Counted from the stretch's first letter, positions 10,260-19,971 are shown. The stretch is DNA of 64,000 bases from an uncultured Gemmatimonadales bacterium (GCA_963851265.1 CAWKNZ010000002.1:32001-96000), one strand, 5' to 3'. Notes: a model not told the origin generated them from the sequence alone. Made by a program: numbers and translations.

Positions 10260-10722
10260 GCGGTGCAACGTACGCGGCGCCAGGGTGATTTGTGCCCGCA
10301 TGCGCCGATGGCGCGGTGTGGGGGTTGACAACGATTCCGGGCGCGTGTTGGTTGGGCGTCCTGGGAGTCGCGTCCCGATGTGTGTACGAGTCGTGGGCCC
10401 CGCGTGTGAACGCGGCGGCGCACCCTCGCCCCGCTGCGCAGCGTGCGCCGGGCCACCATCGGCACGCGACTTTCGTGTTTCCGGCCCCTGCGGGATCGCG
10501 CCGCGGCCGCCTCGCCCCTTTCCCACACCCCACGTCCATGCCCAACGCCAGCTCGCAGCTGCGACTCCGACCGGCCCTCGCCGGTCGCGGCGGCGCGCGC
10601 GAATGCGAGCCGACGATGTCGGGCGCGGCCCGAAGCACGTGGTGCCCGCGTCGACGCGGTACAGGTACGGACCCGGAGCGGCGCGCGCCCTAGCGCCCCG
10701 CCCCGCCTTCCCGGGAGCGACT

Positions 10723-10763
10723 CGCCCCGCCTGTGCCCCGCGCCAGGCGGGGCGCTTTCGTGT
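10723..10763 (+). terminator. intrinsic-terminator/attenuator-like hairpin upstream of the Y RNA-rsr-rtcB unit
   Basis: CGCCCCGCCTG (10723-33) / CAGGCGGGGCG (10744-54) followed by CTTTCGTGT; lies 30 nt after a 51-codon ORF (10538..10693). Confidence 0.5.
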
Positions 10764-11053
10764 CCGCCCGGCGCATCCGCGCCGGGCGCGATCCGGACTA
10801 ACGCCGTTTCCCGCATTCCACTCGGGGGTGCGCGCTGACCGACCACCGAAACGCCAACACGGGCAACACAGCACAGCACAGTGGTCCGCCGTCGGCCGGC
10901 GGGTCGGGCGGTCGCGCGGACGGACACGCGACTCCCCCCGCCCGGCCGTCCCGCCCCGTCGCGCCGGCGGCGGACCACCCCTCGAGCCCTGGCTCGGCGG
11001 CCAGAGCGCCACGCCGCGCCATCCGCTCGTACGCGCGCCGCGCAGTCGGCCAA

Positions 11054-11150
11054 CGGGCCGAGCAGTGAGGCCGATCGACCCGGGATCGGGAGGTCGCGGG
11101 GTCGTATCCCGCCGGGCCCATCACGTACCTCGTACCGCACCACCCGCCCG
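11054..11150 (+). ncRNA. degenerate YrlA-like Y RNA (tRNA-mimic) remnant
   Basis: terminal stem CGGGC/GCCCG, GAGG/CCTC stem, T-arm GCGGG-GTCGTAT-CCCGC at 11096-11112; lies about 56 nt upstream of a TROVE remnant; no D-arm after the T-arm. Confidence 0.6.
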
Positions 11151-11206
11151 CGCGCACCCCGTGCCCGAGGGCGTTCCACCACGCCCACATCACGGAGGGC
11201 GAGCAG

Positions 11207-11793
11207 ATGATCGATTTCACGCAGCACGTCGCGACGCGCCTCCGGCGCTTCGCTTACGGGATCGCCGGGGCCACCCCGCGGCGCGACCCCGTTCCGGGCA
11301 GCGCGCAGCGGCCGGACGCGGCCGGCGCCTACGCCTGGCGCATCACCGACTGGCAGCGGCTCGACCGGTTCCTGCTCCTCGGGAGCACCGGCGGGACGTT
11401 TCACGTCGGCGCACGGCCGCTCACCCGCGAGGCCGCCGGGGCGGTGGAGCGCTGCCTAACCCAGGACGGCCCTCGCGTGGTGGCCCGCGCCGCGCTACCA
11501 CGCGTGGCGCGCACGGGCACACACCGCTTTCGCAGGTCGACGCGTTCGTGGTCTTCACGGACGACCTGACGCGGGTCGGCCCGGTCCGCCCCGCGGGGGC
11601 GCTCCGGCGGTACCGCGAGCGCACGGGGATCGCCGCGACGCTCGTCGCCGTGGGGATGGCGTCTAACGGCTTCGCGATCGCGGACCCCGACGACGGAGGC
11701 ATGATGGACGTCGTCGGGTTCGACGCCGCGGTGCCCGGCGTGATCGCGGCCGTCGCGCCGGGCGTGGGCGCAGGGGATCACGCCGACCCGTGA
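11207..11793 (+). pseudogene. rsr: Ro60/TROVE (Rsr) pseudogene with large internal deletion and frameshift
   Basis: GGAGG RBS; N-terminal TROVE motif (AGAYAW..DWQRLDRFLLLGSTGGTF) and, in another frame, the C-terminal vWA motif (VDAFVVFTD..YRERTGI..VGMASNGFAIADPDDGGMMDVVGFD); under 600 nt in total. Confidence 0.85.
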
Positions 11794-11916
11794 CCGGCCG
11801 GACATGGACGGGCCGGGGTGCCCCCGACCGGGGGTACGCCGGTCCGACCGCCGCGCCGCTCGCCGGCTTCTCTCAACACCGCATTCCAGTCGACCCGTTC
11901 CTTTCTTCTTGTTCTT

Positions 11917-13149
11917 ATGAAGATCTTCGGCCAGCATGAACCGGCCACCCTCGCCCAGCTCGCCGACGTCCGCTCGCGCGCCGCCGAGGCCGCGCTCATG
12001 GCCGACGGCCACGTCGGCTACGTCATGCCCATCGGCGGCGTCGCCGCGTACCGCGACCAGGTCTCGGTCGTCGGCGTCGGCTTCGACATCGCGTGCGGCA
12101 ACGCCGCGATCCGCACCGACCGTACGCTCGCCGACCTCGGTGGCACGCACGAGGCGCAGCGGGCCGCGCTGTCGGACCTCGCCGACGCGATCCACGCGAC
12201 CGTGAGCTTCGGGGTGGGCCGCAAGAACTCGTCGGACGACGCGCCGGTGGACCACCCGCTGTTCGAGGACGCGGCATGGGACGCGGTGCCCGCGACGCAC
12301 CGCCAGGCGCTGCGTACCAAGGCGCGCCAGCAGCTCGGCACGGTCGGCAGCGGCAATCACTACGTCGACGTGTTCGCCGACGAGACGGGCGCGCTCTGGG
12401 TCGGCGTGCACTTCGGCAGCCGCGGCTTCGGCCACACCGTCGCCTCGGCGTTCCTCGCCCTCGGGCAGGGCAAGCGCTGGGACGAGCGCGCCCCGGAGCG
12501 CGAGGTGCTCCTCGAACTTGGCGCGCCGTTGGGCCACGACTACTGGCACCTGATGGCGCTCGCCGGTCGCTACGCGTACGCGGGACGCGAGTGGGTCGCG
12601 CGCAAGGTGGTCGCGCTGATCGGCGGGCGCGAGGTCGAGTTGATCCACAACCACCACAACTTCGCCTGGCGCGAGGAACACGACGTCGGCGACGGCGTCG
12701 AGCCCGTGGTCGTCGTCCGGAAGGGCGCGACGCCGGCCTTTCCCGGACAGTTCGGTTTCATCGGTGGCTCGATGGGCGACGACGCGGTGATCGTCCGCGG
12801 AGTCGCCGGGGTGGACGAGCCCACCGCGGCCGCGCAGCGCGGCGCGCTCTACTCGACGGTGCACGGCGCGGGGCGCGTCATGTCGCGCACGGCGGCCGCA
12901 GGCAAGCGCAACCGAAAGACCGGGCAGCTGATCACCCCGGGGCGGATCAGTCCGGAGATGATGCACGACTGGCTGTCGGACCGCGGCGTCATCCTTCGCG
13001 GCGGAGGGCTGGACGAAGCCCCGCAGGCGTACCGCCGGTTGCCCGAGGTACTCACGGCGCAGGAGGGGACGATCGAGGTCGTGCACACGCTCACGCCGTT
13101 GGTGGTCGCGATGGCGCGGGAGAAGGAGTTCGACCCGTACAAGGATTGA
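11917..13149 (+). CDS. rtcB: RNA-splicing/repair ligase RtcB
   Basis: MADGHVGY.MPIGG, VGFDIACGN, GTVGSGNHY, HNHHN, RKGATPA, GSMG, HGAGR, DEAP.AY. Confidence 0.95.
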   Translation: MKIFGQHEPATLAQLADVRSRAAEAALMADGHVGYVMPIGGVAAYRDQVSVVGVGFDIACGNAAIRTDRTLADLGGTHEAQRAALSDLADAIHATVSFGVGRKNSSDDAPVDHPLFEDAAWDAVPATHRQALRTKARQQLGTVGSGNHYVDVFADETGALWVGVHFGSRGFGHTVASAFLALGQGKRWDERAPEREVLLELGAPLGHDYWHLMALAGRYAYAGREWVARKVVALIGGREVELIHNHHNFAWREEHDVGDGVEPVVVVRKGATPAFPGQFGFIGGSMGDDAVIVRGVAGVDEPTAAAQRGALYSTVHGAGRVMSRTAAAGKRNRKTGQLITPGRISPEMMHDWLSDRGVILRGGGLDEAPQAYRRLPEVLTAQEGTIEVVHTLTPLVVAMAREKEFDPYKD

Positions 13150-13201
13150 TGCAGGCGCGGAACGGGACTCGTCGACGTCGCCCGCGCTCCTACCTTCCGG
13201 T

Positions 13202-14329
13202 GTGCCGCGCCGCCCCCAACTCCGCCCCGCCCTCGCGCCGGACCACCTCCGCCACGCCACCTACTCACCCAGCACGTCCGCACGCCGCCGCGTCCTCCTC
13301 GCCGAGGTGACCGCGGCGTGCGCGCCCCTCCCGGGCACCTACCGGATGCTCGGCGCGACCGGCATCGTGATCTACGTCGGCAAGGCGAAGCGCCTGCGCC
13401 CGCGACTCCTGTCCTACTTTCGCGCCGCGCAGAACAACCGCCGTCGCGACAAGCAGGCGCGCATCCTCCGCCACGCGCACGCCATCGAGTGGGAGTACGC
13501 GCACAGCGAGTTCGCCGCCCTGCTGCGCGAGATGCGACTCATCAAGCAGTACCGCCCCCGGTTCAACATCCTGCTCAACACCGACGAGGCTCCGCGCGGC
13601 TGGCTCGCCTTGAGCGGCGGGTCCGTCCCCTCGCTCCGCATGGTGCTGCGGAGCGACGCCGAGGACGCGCCCGTGCTGTACGGACCCTTTCGGCGGCTGC
13701 ACGAGTTGACCGACGCCGCGCGCGCCCTCGCCGACGCGACCGGCCTGCGCGACTGCGGCGCCGTCCGTCCCGACCCCGCGTGTCTGCGCGCCCAACTCGG
13801 CGCGTGCGCCTGCCCCGGGCGCGCCGCGGGCGCGACGCCCGACGACTACGCGCGCCGCGTCGCGGTCGCGCGCGACTTCCTCGCCGGGCGCACGCGGGCG
13901 CCGCTCGACGTTCTGACCGGGCGCATGACCGAGGCCGCCGACGCGCTGCAGTTCGAGCGCGCGGGCGTCATCAAGCGCAAGCGCGACGCGCTCGCGTGGC
14001 TCGCCGGGCGGCTCGAGCGCTTTCACGCGGGCGCCGACCGCCTGACGTTTCGCTACCGCTCGCTCGGCCACGACGGTACCGAACGCGTGTACCTCGTGCG
14101 CCGCGGCACCGTGCGCGCCGACCTGGCCGCGCCCGCGTCGCCCGACGAGGTGGCCGCGCTCGACGCGCTCGCCGCGCGCGTGTTTTCGGCGCCCGACGTG
14201 ACCGACGCCGACGTGCCCACGCACGACCTCGACGAGTTCTACCTCGTCGCGAGCTGGTTCCGCCGCCACCCCGAGGAACTCGCGCGCGTCGCACGCCCCG
14301 ACGTGGACGGCCCGGCGCGGCCGGCCTAA
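13202..14329 (+). CDS. GIY-YIG nuclease, UvrC-N/Cho-like with UVR domain
   Basis: PGTYRM..VIYVGKA..LR.RL.SYF, E..LIKQYRPRFN, Cys cluster, M.EAA..LQFERA; lacks UvrC RNaseH/HhH C-terminus. Confidence 0.85.
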   Translation: MPRRPQLRPALAPDHLRHATYSPSTSARRRVLLAEVTAACAPLPGTYRMLGATGIVIYVGKAKRLRPRLLSYFRAAQNNRRRDKQARILRHAHAIEWEYAHSEFAALLREMRLIKQYRPRFNILLNTDEAPRGWLALSGGSVPSLRMVLRSDAEDAPVLYGPFRRLHELTDAARALADATGLRDCGAVRPDPACLRAQLGACACPGRAAGATPDDYARRVAVARDFLAGRTRAPLDVLTGRMTEAADALQFERAGVIKRKRDALAWLAGRLERFHAGADRLTFRYRSLGHDGTERVYLVRRGTVRADLAAPASPDEVAALDALAARVFSAPDVTDADVPTHDLDEFYLVASWFRRHPEELARVARPDVDGPARPA

Positions 14330-14350
14330 CCGGCGCCCGCGCTCGCGGGT

Positions 14351-15541
14351 ATGATGGCCGTGAGCAACCACCCCGCCCCCCGCGATCCCGCCATGCGCCG
14401 TCTTCCGCCCGCCGCACTCCTCGTCGCCGTTCCGGCCCTCGCCGCGGCGCAACCCGCCGAGCGCGCCGCGTTCGTCGTCACCCTCGGCCGCGATACCGTG
14501 GCCGCCGAACAGTTCACCCGGCGCGGCAACGTCGTCGAGGGCGACGTCATGACGCGGCAGCCGCAGGTGCGGGTGACGCACTACACCGTCACGCTCGACG
14601 CGCAGGGCCGGCCCGCGTCGGTCGAGACCCGCACGCGCAACGCCGACGGCTCCGCCGTGCCGCGCGCCGCGACCGGCGCGACCGGCACGTTCCGCGGCGA
14701 CAGCGTCAGCTACGACATCCGCTTCGCCGACAGCGTCGCCCACCGGCGCGTGGCCGCGCCGGCGGGCACGCTGCCCAACATCAACGGCTCGTACGCGATG
14801 TACGAGACCGCCACGCGGCGCATGCGCGCCGCCGGCGTGACGCGCGACACCGTGCGCCTCGTTTCGCCCGGAGCGCCGCGCGCCGCCGCACTCCCCATCA
14901 CCCTCGCCGGCGACAGCGCGCAGCTCGACTACTTCGGGGACCCCGTGACCATGCGCCTCGACGGTGCGGGGCGGATCCAGCGCGTGGACGGGACGCACAC
15001 CACCAACAAGGTGATCGCCTCGCGCGTCGCCGCGGTCGACGTGGCCGGGCTCGCGGCGCGCTACGCCGCGGCCCCGGCGATGGGCGCGGCGTCGCCGCTC
15101 GACAGCGTGCGCGCGTCCATCGGCGCGGCGGACGTCGCGGTGGTCTACAGCCGGCCCTCGGTGCGCGGGCGCACCGTCTGGGGCGGCGTGCTCGTGCCTT
15201 ACGGCACCTGGTGGCGCACCGGCGCCAACGCGGCGACGGCGTTCCGCACCACCGCGGACCTCGCCGTCGGCGGCACGCGCGTGCCGGCGGGCAGCTACAC
15301 GCTCTTCACGCTCCCGACCCCGGCGGGCACGCAGCTCATCATCAGCAAGAAGACCGGCGAGTGGGGCACCGACTACGACGCCACGCAGGACCTCGCGCGC
15401 GTCCCGCTCACCGTCACCCCGCTCACCGCGCCCGTCGAGCAGTTCACGATCGCGCTACGGCCCACCGGCGCGGACGCGGGCGTGCTGCGCATGCAGTGGG
15501 GCGACCGCGAACTGTCGGTGCCCGTCGCCGTCGCGCACTGA
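14351..15541 (+). CDS. secreted DUF2911-domain protein
   Basis: signal peptide (alternative ATG at 14393); C-terminal YSRPSVRGR..LVPYG.WWRTGAN..YTLFT.P..EWGT.Y. Confidence 0.85.
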   Translation: MMAVSNHPAPRDPAMRRLPPAALLVAVPALAAAQPAERAAFVVTLGRDTVAAEQFTRRGNVVEGDVMTRQPQVRVTHYTVTLDAQGRPASVETRTRNADGSAVPRAATGATGTFRGDSVSYDIRFADSVAHRRVAAPAGTLPNINGSYAMYETATRRMRAAGVTRDTVRLVSPGAPRAAALPITLAGDSAQLDYFGDPVTMRLDGAGRIQRVDGTHTTNKVIASRVAAVDVAGLAARYAAAPAMGAASPLDSVRASIGAADVAVVYSRPSVRGRTVWGGVLVPYGTWWRTGANAATAFRTTADLAVGGTRVPAGSYTLFTLPTPAGTQLIISKKTGEWGTDYDATQDLARVPLTVTPLTAPVEQFTIALRPTGADAGVLRMQWGDRELSVPVAVAH

Positions 15542-15857
15542 CGTTTCCGGATCGCACGGTCTGGGGGCTCCCGACGCGGCGGTCCGGGCCCCCGGCCGTT
15601 GGCTCGCGTCCGATCCGGCAGCGCGCGGCTCGTCGGCGCACGTCCGGTCCGCCGCCCTGCGGACGGACCGGGCGCGCAGGGTGCGGAGCGGGCGAGTGGG
15701 CATCGGCGGGGGCTGGGCGGGGGCGCGGGCGGCGCCTAACAGGCGGCCGGCGCCGGGCCCCCCGCGCGGCGGCGCGCCGGCACGTCCCGAAACGCACTCG
15801 GCGCCGCCCGCGGGAGTCGCGGGCGGCGCCGAGTGGCACGGAGCGTCGGTCGAGCGA

Positions 15858-16091
15858 TCAGGACGGCTTCTTCATGCTGGACGAGTCGGACATCATCGCC
15901 TTCCGCTTCGACGAACGATGACGGCGGCTGTGCTTCTTCATGCTCCCGGACTTCATCGACGACGAGTCCTGCATCGACGAGCCACCCATCGCCGAGCCGG
16001 AGGCCGGCTGCTGGGCGCCGGTGGCCGGCTGCTGGGCCGCGGCGGTGCCCGCCACGAGGGCGAGGGCGGCGAACGCGAGACGAGCCTTCAT
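15858..16091 (-). CDS. small secreted Met/Ser/Lys-rich low-complexity protein
   Basis: GGAG RBS, signal peptide MKARLAFAALALVAGTAAAQ, SSM(K/Q) repeats. Confidence 0.7.
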   Translation of the reverse strand: MKARLAFAALALVAGTAAAQQPATGAQQPASGSAMGGSSMQDSSSMKSGSMKKHSRRHRSSKRKAMMSDSSSMKKPS

Positions 16092-16560
16092 GCGAGTGCT
16101 CCGTGTAGGAAAGATGGTGCGGGCGCGTGCGCGGGTTCCGCTCGCCGGTGAGCGGCTGTGCACGCGTCGCCTACGCTACAGTCGACCGCGCGCGCGCGCC
16201 AGAGGCCGCCGCGCAGGAACGCTCGCCGATTGGGGATCGGGGGCGCGGTGAGACGCGCGCCTCGTGCATCGCCGCACGATCGCGGCCGGCCGCCGCTCGT
16301 CTTGCGCAGGGCGCGCGCACGGCGCCCGATCGTCCGCGATCTGCGTTGCGCGAACGCCGGGACCGGCGTCGATACGCGGTCCGACGTGCGGCGCGGCGCC
16401 GTATGCGTGTCCCGACGCGTGGTGCGACGCCGTGGGACGCGGTGCGACGTGGGGCCGTGCGGCAGTGCGCGGCGGTGTGCCGGCGTTCGCGCGCGACGTG
16501 CTCGGTCGCATCGCAGCGATCGCTGCGACGTGAGAAGTCGCGTGAGGCGGCGTGCGGTCG

Positions 16561-16610
16561 GCGGCGTGCGACGGCGTGCGACGGCGTGCGACGGCGTGCG
16601 ACGGCGTGAG
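16561..16610. repeat. 10-bp tandem repeat x5 (ACGGCGTGCG)
   Basis: read directly; intergenic. Confidence 0.85.
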
Positions 16611-16660
16611 GCACACGGCCGTGGAGATGGGCACGGACGCGACGAATTCGTGCGCGCGCC

Positions 16661-16689
16661 TTGACTGTTGCGTCGCCGACGCTTATCAC
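16661..16689 (+). promoter_or_regulatory. putative sigma70 promoter
   Basis: TTGACT-N17-TATCAC about 190 nt upstream of the 16877 ORF. Confidence 0.35.
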
Positions 16690-16876
16690 GTCGTCACGCG
16701 GAGTCGTGTTGCGCGCGGCGACGCGCGGCCCGGCGTCGCGCGACGACCGCGCGCACGACGCGAGCACTGCATTGGTCGCGTTCTGAATCGAACACGAGCG
16801 GTACGGGGCACGCGGCGTGCAAGGTGTGACCGGCAGTCCGTCGAATACTGTCCTGAGGCGCGCATAGGAGGCGCTC

Positions 16877-18046
16877 ATGCCCACGGGTGACGGGTTGGAC
16901 GAGGAGTTCGCGCCAGACCTCCGCCTCGCGCCGCGGCGCGGCGACGACGACGACGACGACCTCGGCGGCTACGGCTACGAGGCCGAAGACGAGGACGACG
17001 AGGAGGAGGAGGACGAGGACGAGGAAGAGAGCAGCGCGGGCTACGCCGCACGGCGCAGCCGGCGCGAGCGCCTGTTCGATGATCCCGAGTCGGCGGCGCG
17101 CGAGGACCTCGACGAGGTCGAGGTGGAGGAAGACGGCGGCGGCGCGGCGGGCGACGCCGAGGAGTCGGACGACGACGACGAGCGCGGTGCGATCGTTGGG
17201 CCGGACGACGACTCGGAACCGCTCGACCTCGTCGGCGGCGCGGCAGGCCAGGACGCGGGGCAGGACGCCGACCCGCTCGACGTTGACGACGACGACGCGG
17301 AACTCGGCGGCGGCACCGGAAGCGGCAGTGGCAGTGCGACGGATTCCCACCATTCCCACGACGAGGAGACCACCATGGCCGAAAACGAGACCATCAACGG
17401 CGGCGAGAGCAGCAACACCACCGACGCCGGCGCCGGCGCCGGCGGCGCCGGCGCGGGCAACGAGGGCAGCGCGAGCGGCCGTGGCGCGCGCAAGGGCGCG
17501 CGCAAGAGCGCCGCGAAGTCGGGCGCGCGCAAGACGACCGCCAAGGCGGCGTCGAAGAGTGCCGGCAAGAGCGCCAGTAAGAGTGCGGGCAAGAGCGCGC
17601 GGAAGGCCGCGAGCAAGGCCGCGAGCAAGACCGGCGCGCGCAAGGGCGCCGCGAAGTCGGCGGGCAAGAGCGCCTCGAAGAGCACGTCCAAGTCCGCCAT
17701 GAAGGGCGGCGCGCGGAAGGCCGCCGGCAAGACCGCGAGCAAGGGCGCGAGCAAGAGCGCGGGCAAGACGGCGTCGAAGAGCGCGAGCAAGGGCGCGCGG
17801 AAGGCCGCCGGCAAGACCGCGAGCAAGACCGCGAGCAAGGGCGCGAGCAAGGGCGCGAGCAAGACCGGGTCACGCGGCGGCGCCGCGAAGTCGGCGAGCA
17901 AGACGGCCGCGAAGGGCGGCGCGCGCAAGGCGGCGGCCAAGTCGGCGTCGCGCGGCAGCGCGAGCAGCGCCCGCAAGAGCCCCGGCCGGCCCGCGACCGC
18001 GAAGCGCGGCACGGCGCAGAAGGGCGGCGCCCGCCGCGGGCGCTGA
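16877..18046 (+). CDS. bipartite protein: Asp/Glu-rich N-half + histone H1-like Lys/Ala/Ser C-half
   Basis: AGGAGG RBS before 16877; second GAGGAG RBS with in-frame ATG at 17375; KSA(G/S), KTAS, GARK repeats. Confidence 0.7.
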   Translation: MPTGDGLDEEFAPDLRLAPRRGDDDDDDLGGYGYEAEDEDDEEEEDEDEEESSAGYAARRSRRERLFDDPESAAREDLDEVEVEEDGGGAAGDAEESDDDDERGAIVGPDDDSEPLDLVGGAAGQDAGQDADPLDVDDDDAELGGGTGSGSGSATDSHHSHDEETTMAENETINGGESSNTTDAGAGAGGAGAGNEGSASGRGARKGARKSAAKSGARKTTAKAASKSAGKSASKSAGKSARKAASKAASKTGARKGAAKSAGKSASKSTSKSAMKGGARKAAGKTASKGASKSAGKTASKSASKGARKAAGKTASKTASKGASKGASKTGSRGGAAKSASKTAAKGGARKAAAKSASRGSASSARKSPGRPATAKRGTAQKGGARRGR

Positions 18047-18108
18047 GCCCGCGGCCGCCGCGCCACCGGCCCGCCCCGCGGCCGGTCTAACACCCCGTTA
18101 GACTGGCC

Positions 18109-19668
18109 GTGGGGTCGGCCGACCTCGGCGCGCCGCTCGGCGCGCCACTCGACGCGCTCCCGCTCGCCGTCTGGACCCTCGACCGCGAGTTGCGCGTCAC
18201 GGCGGCGAACCCCGCGTGGGCCCGCTTCGCCGCCGCGGCGGGCGCGCCCGCAGACCCCGCGCGCGCCGTCGGGCGCTCGCTCTGGGACGTCGTCACCGAC
18301 CCCGCCGCGCGCGCCGCCCTCGCGCGCGCGTTGGGCCGGGCGCGCGAGCGCGCGGCCCCCACGCATTGCGACCTGCCCACCGTCCCGAGCGCCGGCGATG
18401 CAGCGGGCGGTGCGGCCGGCCCGCGCACGCTGCGCGTCGACGTCGCCCCGTTCGGCACCGACGGGTTCGTGTGTTCGGCCGTCGAGCTCGCGCCCGCCCG
18501 CTGGTCCCGCGAGGCGCTCATCGACGCCGGCATCGCGCTCTCGCGCACCCTCGACCTCGACCGCATCTACGACGTGGCCGCCCGCGAGGCGCGCCGCGCG
18601 CTCGGCGCGAGCGCGTTCGCCGCCGCCGCCGCGGACGACGACACCGCCGCGCTCCGCCTCACGCACCGCGCCGGGTGGGACCGCGAGAGCGACGACGCCC
18701 TCGAGCGCCGCCTCGCACCCGCGTGGCTCGAAGCCCTCGCCACCGGCCGCGTCGTCGAACGCGCCGAGCACGAGTTCACCGCGCCGATCGCGACCGCCGA
18801 CGGCGCGATCGGCGCCATGACGGTGCGCGTCCTCGCCGCCGTCGACGACGTCGATCCGAACGTGCAGCGCGACGCCGACCCGAGCGTCGACCCGCACGAC
18901 ACGGTCGCGCGCCTGCTCGAAACGCTCGCCGCCCAGACCGCGGTCGCGGTCGAGCGCGCGTGGCTCGTGCGCCGCGTCGAGCAGAAGCGCCGCCTCGAGG
19001 CGATCGGCGAGGTGGCCGCGGGCGTCGCGCACGAGCTGCGCAACCCGCTGTTCGGAATCTCGAGCGCGGCCCAACTCCTCGGCTTCCGCGCCGCCGGCGA
19101 CCCGGTCGTCGAGAAGAACGTCGGCCGCATCCTGCGCGAGGCCGAGCGCCTCAACCGCATCATCGCGGCGCTCCTCGACTACGGGCGCCCAACGGCCGCG
19201 CGCTTCGCCCCGGGCGACCCCGACGCCCTCTGGGACGACGTGCTCGACGCGCAGCGCGCGCGCCTCGACACCAAGCACCTCACCCTCGACCGCCGGCGCG
19301 CGCCCGCCGCAGGCCCCGCCGGTGCGTCGACCGCGCGCTTCGACGCGGAGCAGATGCGGCAGGTGTTCCTCAATTTGCTCGGCAACGCCGTCGACGCCGC
19401 CCCCGAGGACAGCACCGTCACGCTCTCGTCCGCGCCCCTGGCCAACGGCGGATGGCGGTGCCAACTCCACAACGCCGGCCCCGCCATCCCGCCCGAAGCG
19501 CTCGCGCGCGTGTTCGAACTCTTCTACTCCACCAAGACCGGCGGCACCGGCATCGGACTCGCGCTCTGCCAGCGCGTGCTCGACGAACACGGCGGCACCA
19601 TCGCCATCGAAAGCGCCCCAGAAGCGGGAACGACGGTCACCCTCATGCTCCCGCCCGCCCCGCCCTGA
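18109..19668 (+). CDS. PAS/GAF sensor histidine kinase
   Basis: AHELRNPL, QVFLNLLGNA, FYSTK.GGTGIGL. Confidence 0.92.
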   Translation: MGSADLGAPLGAPLDALPLAVWTLDRELRVTAANPAWARFAAAAGAPADPARAVGRSLWDVVTDPAARAALARALGRARERAAPTHCDLPTVPSAGDAAGGAAGPRTLRVDVAPFGTDGFVCSAVELAPARWSREALIDAGIALSRTLDLDRIYDVAAREARRALGASAFAAAAADDDTAALRLTHRAGWDRESDDALERRLAPAWLEALATGRVVERAEHEFTAPIATADGAIGAMTVRVLAAVDDVDPNVQRDADPSVDPHDTVARLLETLAAQTAVAVERAWLVRRVEQKRRLEAIGEVAAGVAHELRNPLFGISSAAQLLGFRAAGDPVVEKNVGRILREAERLNRIIAALLDYGRPTAARFAPGDPDALWDDVLDAQRARLDTKHLTLDRRRAPAAGPAGASTARFDAEQMRQVFLNLLGNAVDAAPEDSTVTLSSAPLANGGWRCQLHNAGPAIPPEALARVFELFYSTKTGGTGIGLALCQRVLDEHGGTIAIESAPEAGTTVTLMLPPAPP

Positions 19669-19971
19669 CGGGCCGGACCCTCGATCGGCGCCCGCAGCCG
19701 GCCTAACACGCCGTCCCGCGGCCCCGCGCCCGAACGGCCGCGCGCCCGAACACCCGCGCGCCCGAACACCCGCCGCTCCTCCGGCCGACGCTGCAGCCCG
19801 CCCCCGACGCGGCACGCCGCACGACCTCGTGCGAGATTTCGATCTGCGCGCCCAGGGCGGCCGCGAACGGCGCCGCGGCGAATGCGACGCGGCGCCGAAC
19901 CGCCACCCGTGCTCCTCTGCGGCGCCGCTGCGGCGAGTCCCGGCACGCGTCTCGCGCCTTCCCCGGTCATC

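Noticed and set aside
11055..11123. Functional tRNA gene
   Set aside because: T-arm-like element present, but no D-arm or anticodon arm, mutated T-loop and incomplete acceptor pairing; better explained as a Y-RNA remnant
13202..14329. Homing endonuclease or mobile intron next to rtcB
   Set aside because: The Cys cluster and UVR motif match UvrC/Cho; rtcB is uninterrupted, with no intein or intron features
16561..16610. CRISPR array (also considered 9616-9670)
   Set aside because: Units are 10 and 17 bp, contiguous without spacers, and there are no cas genes
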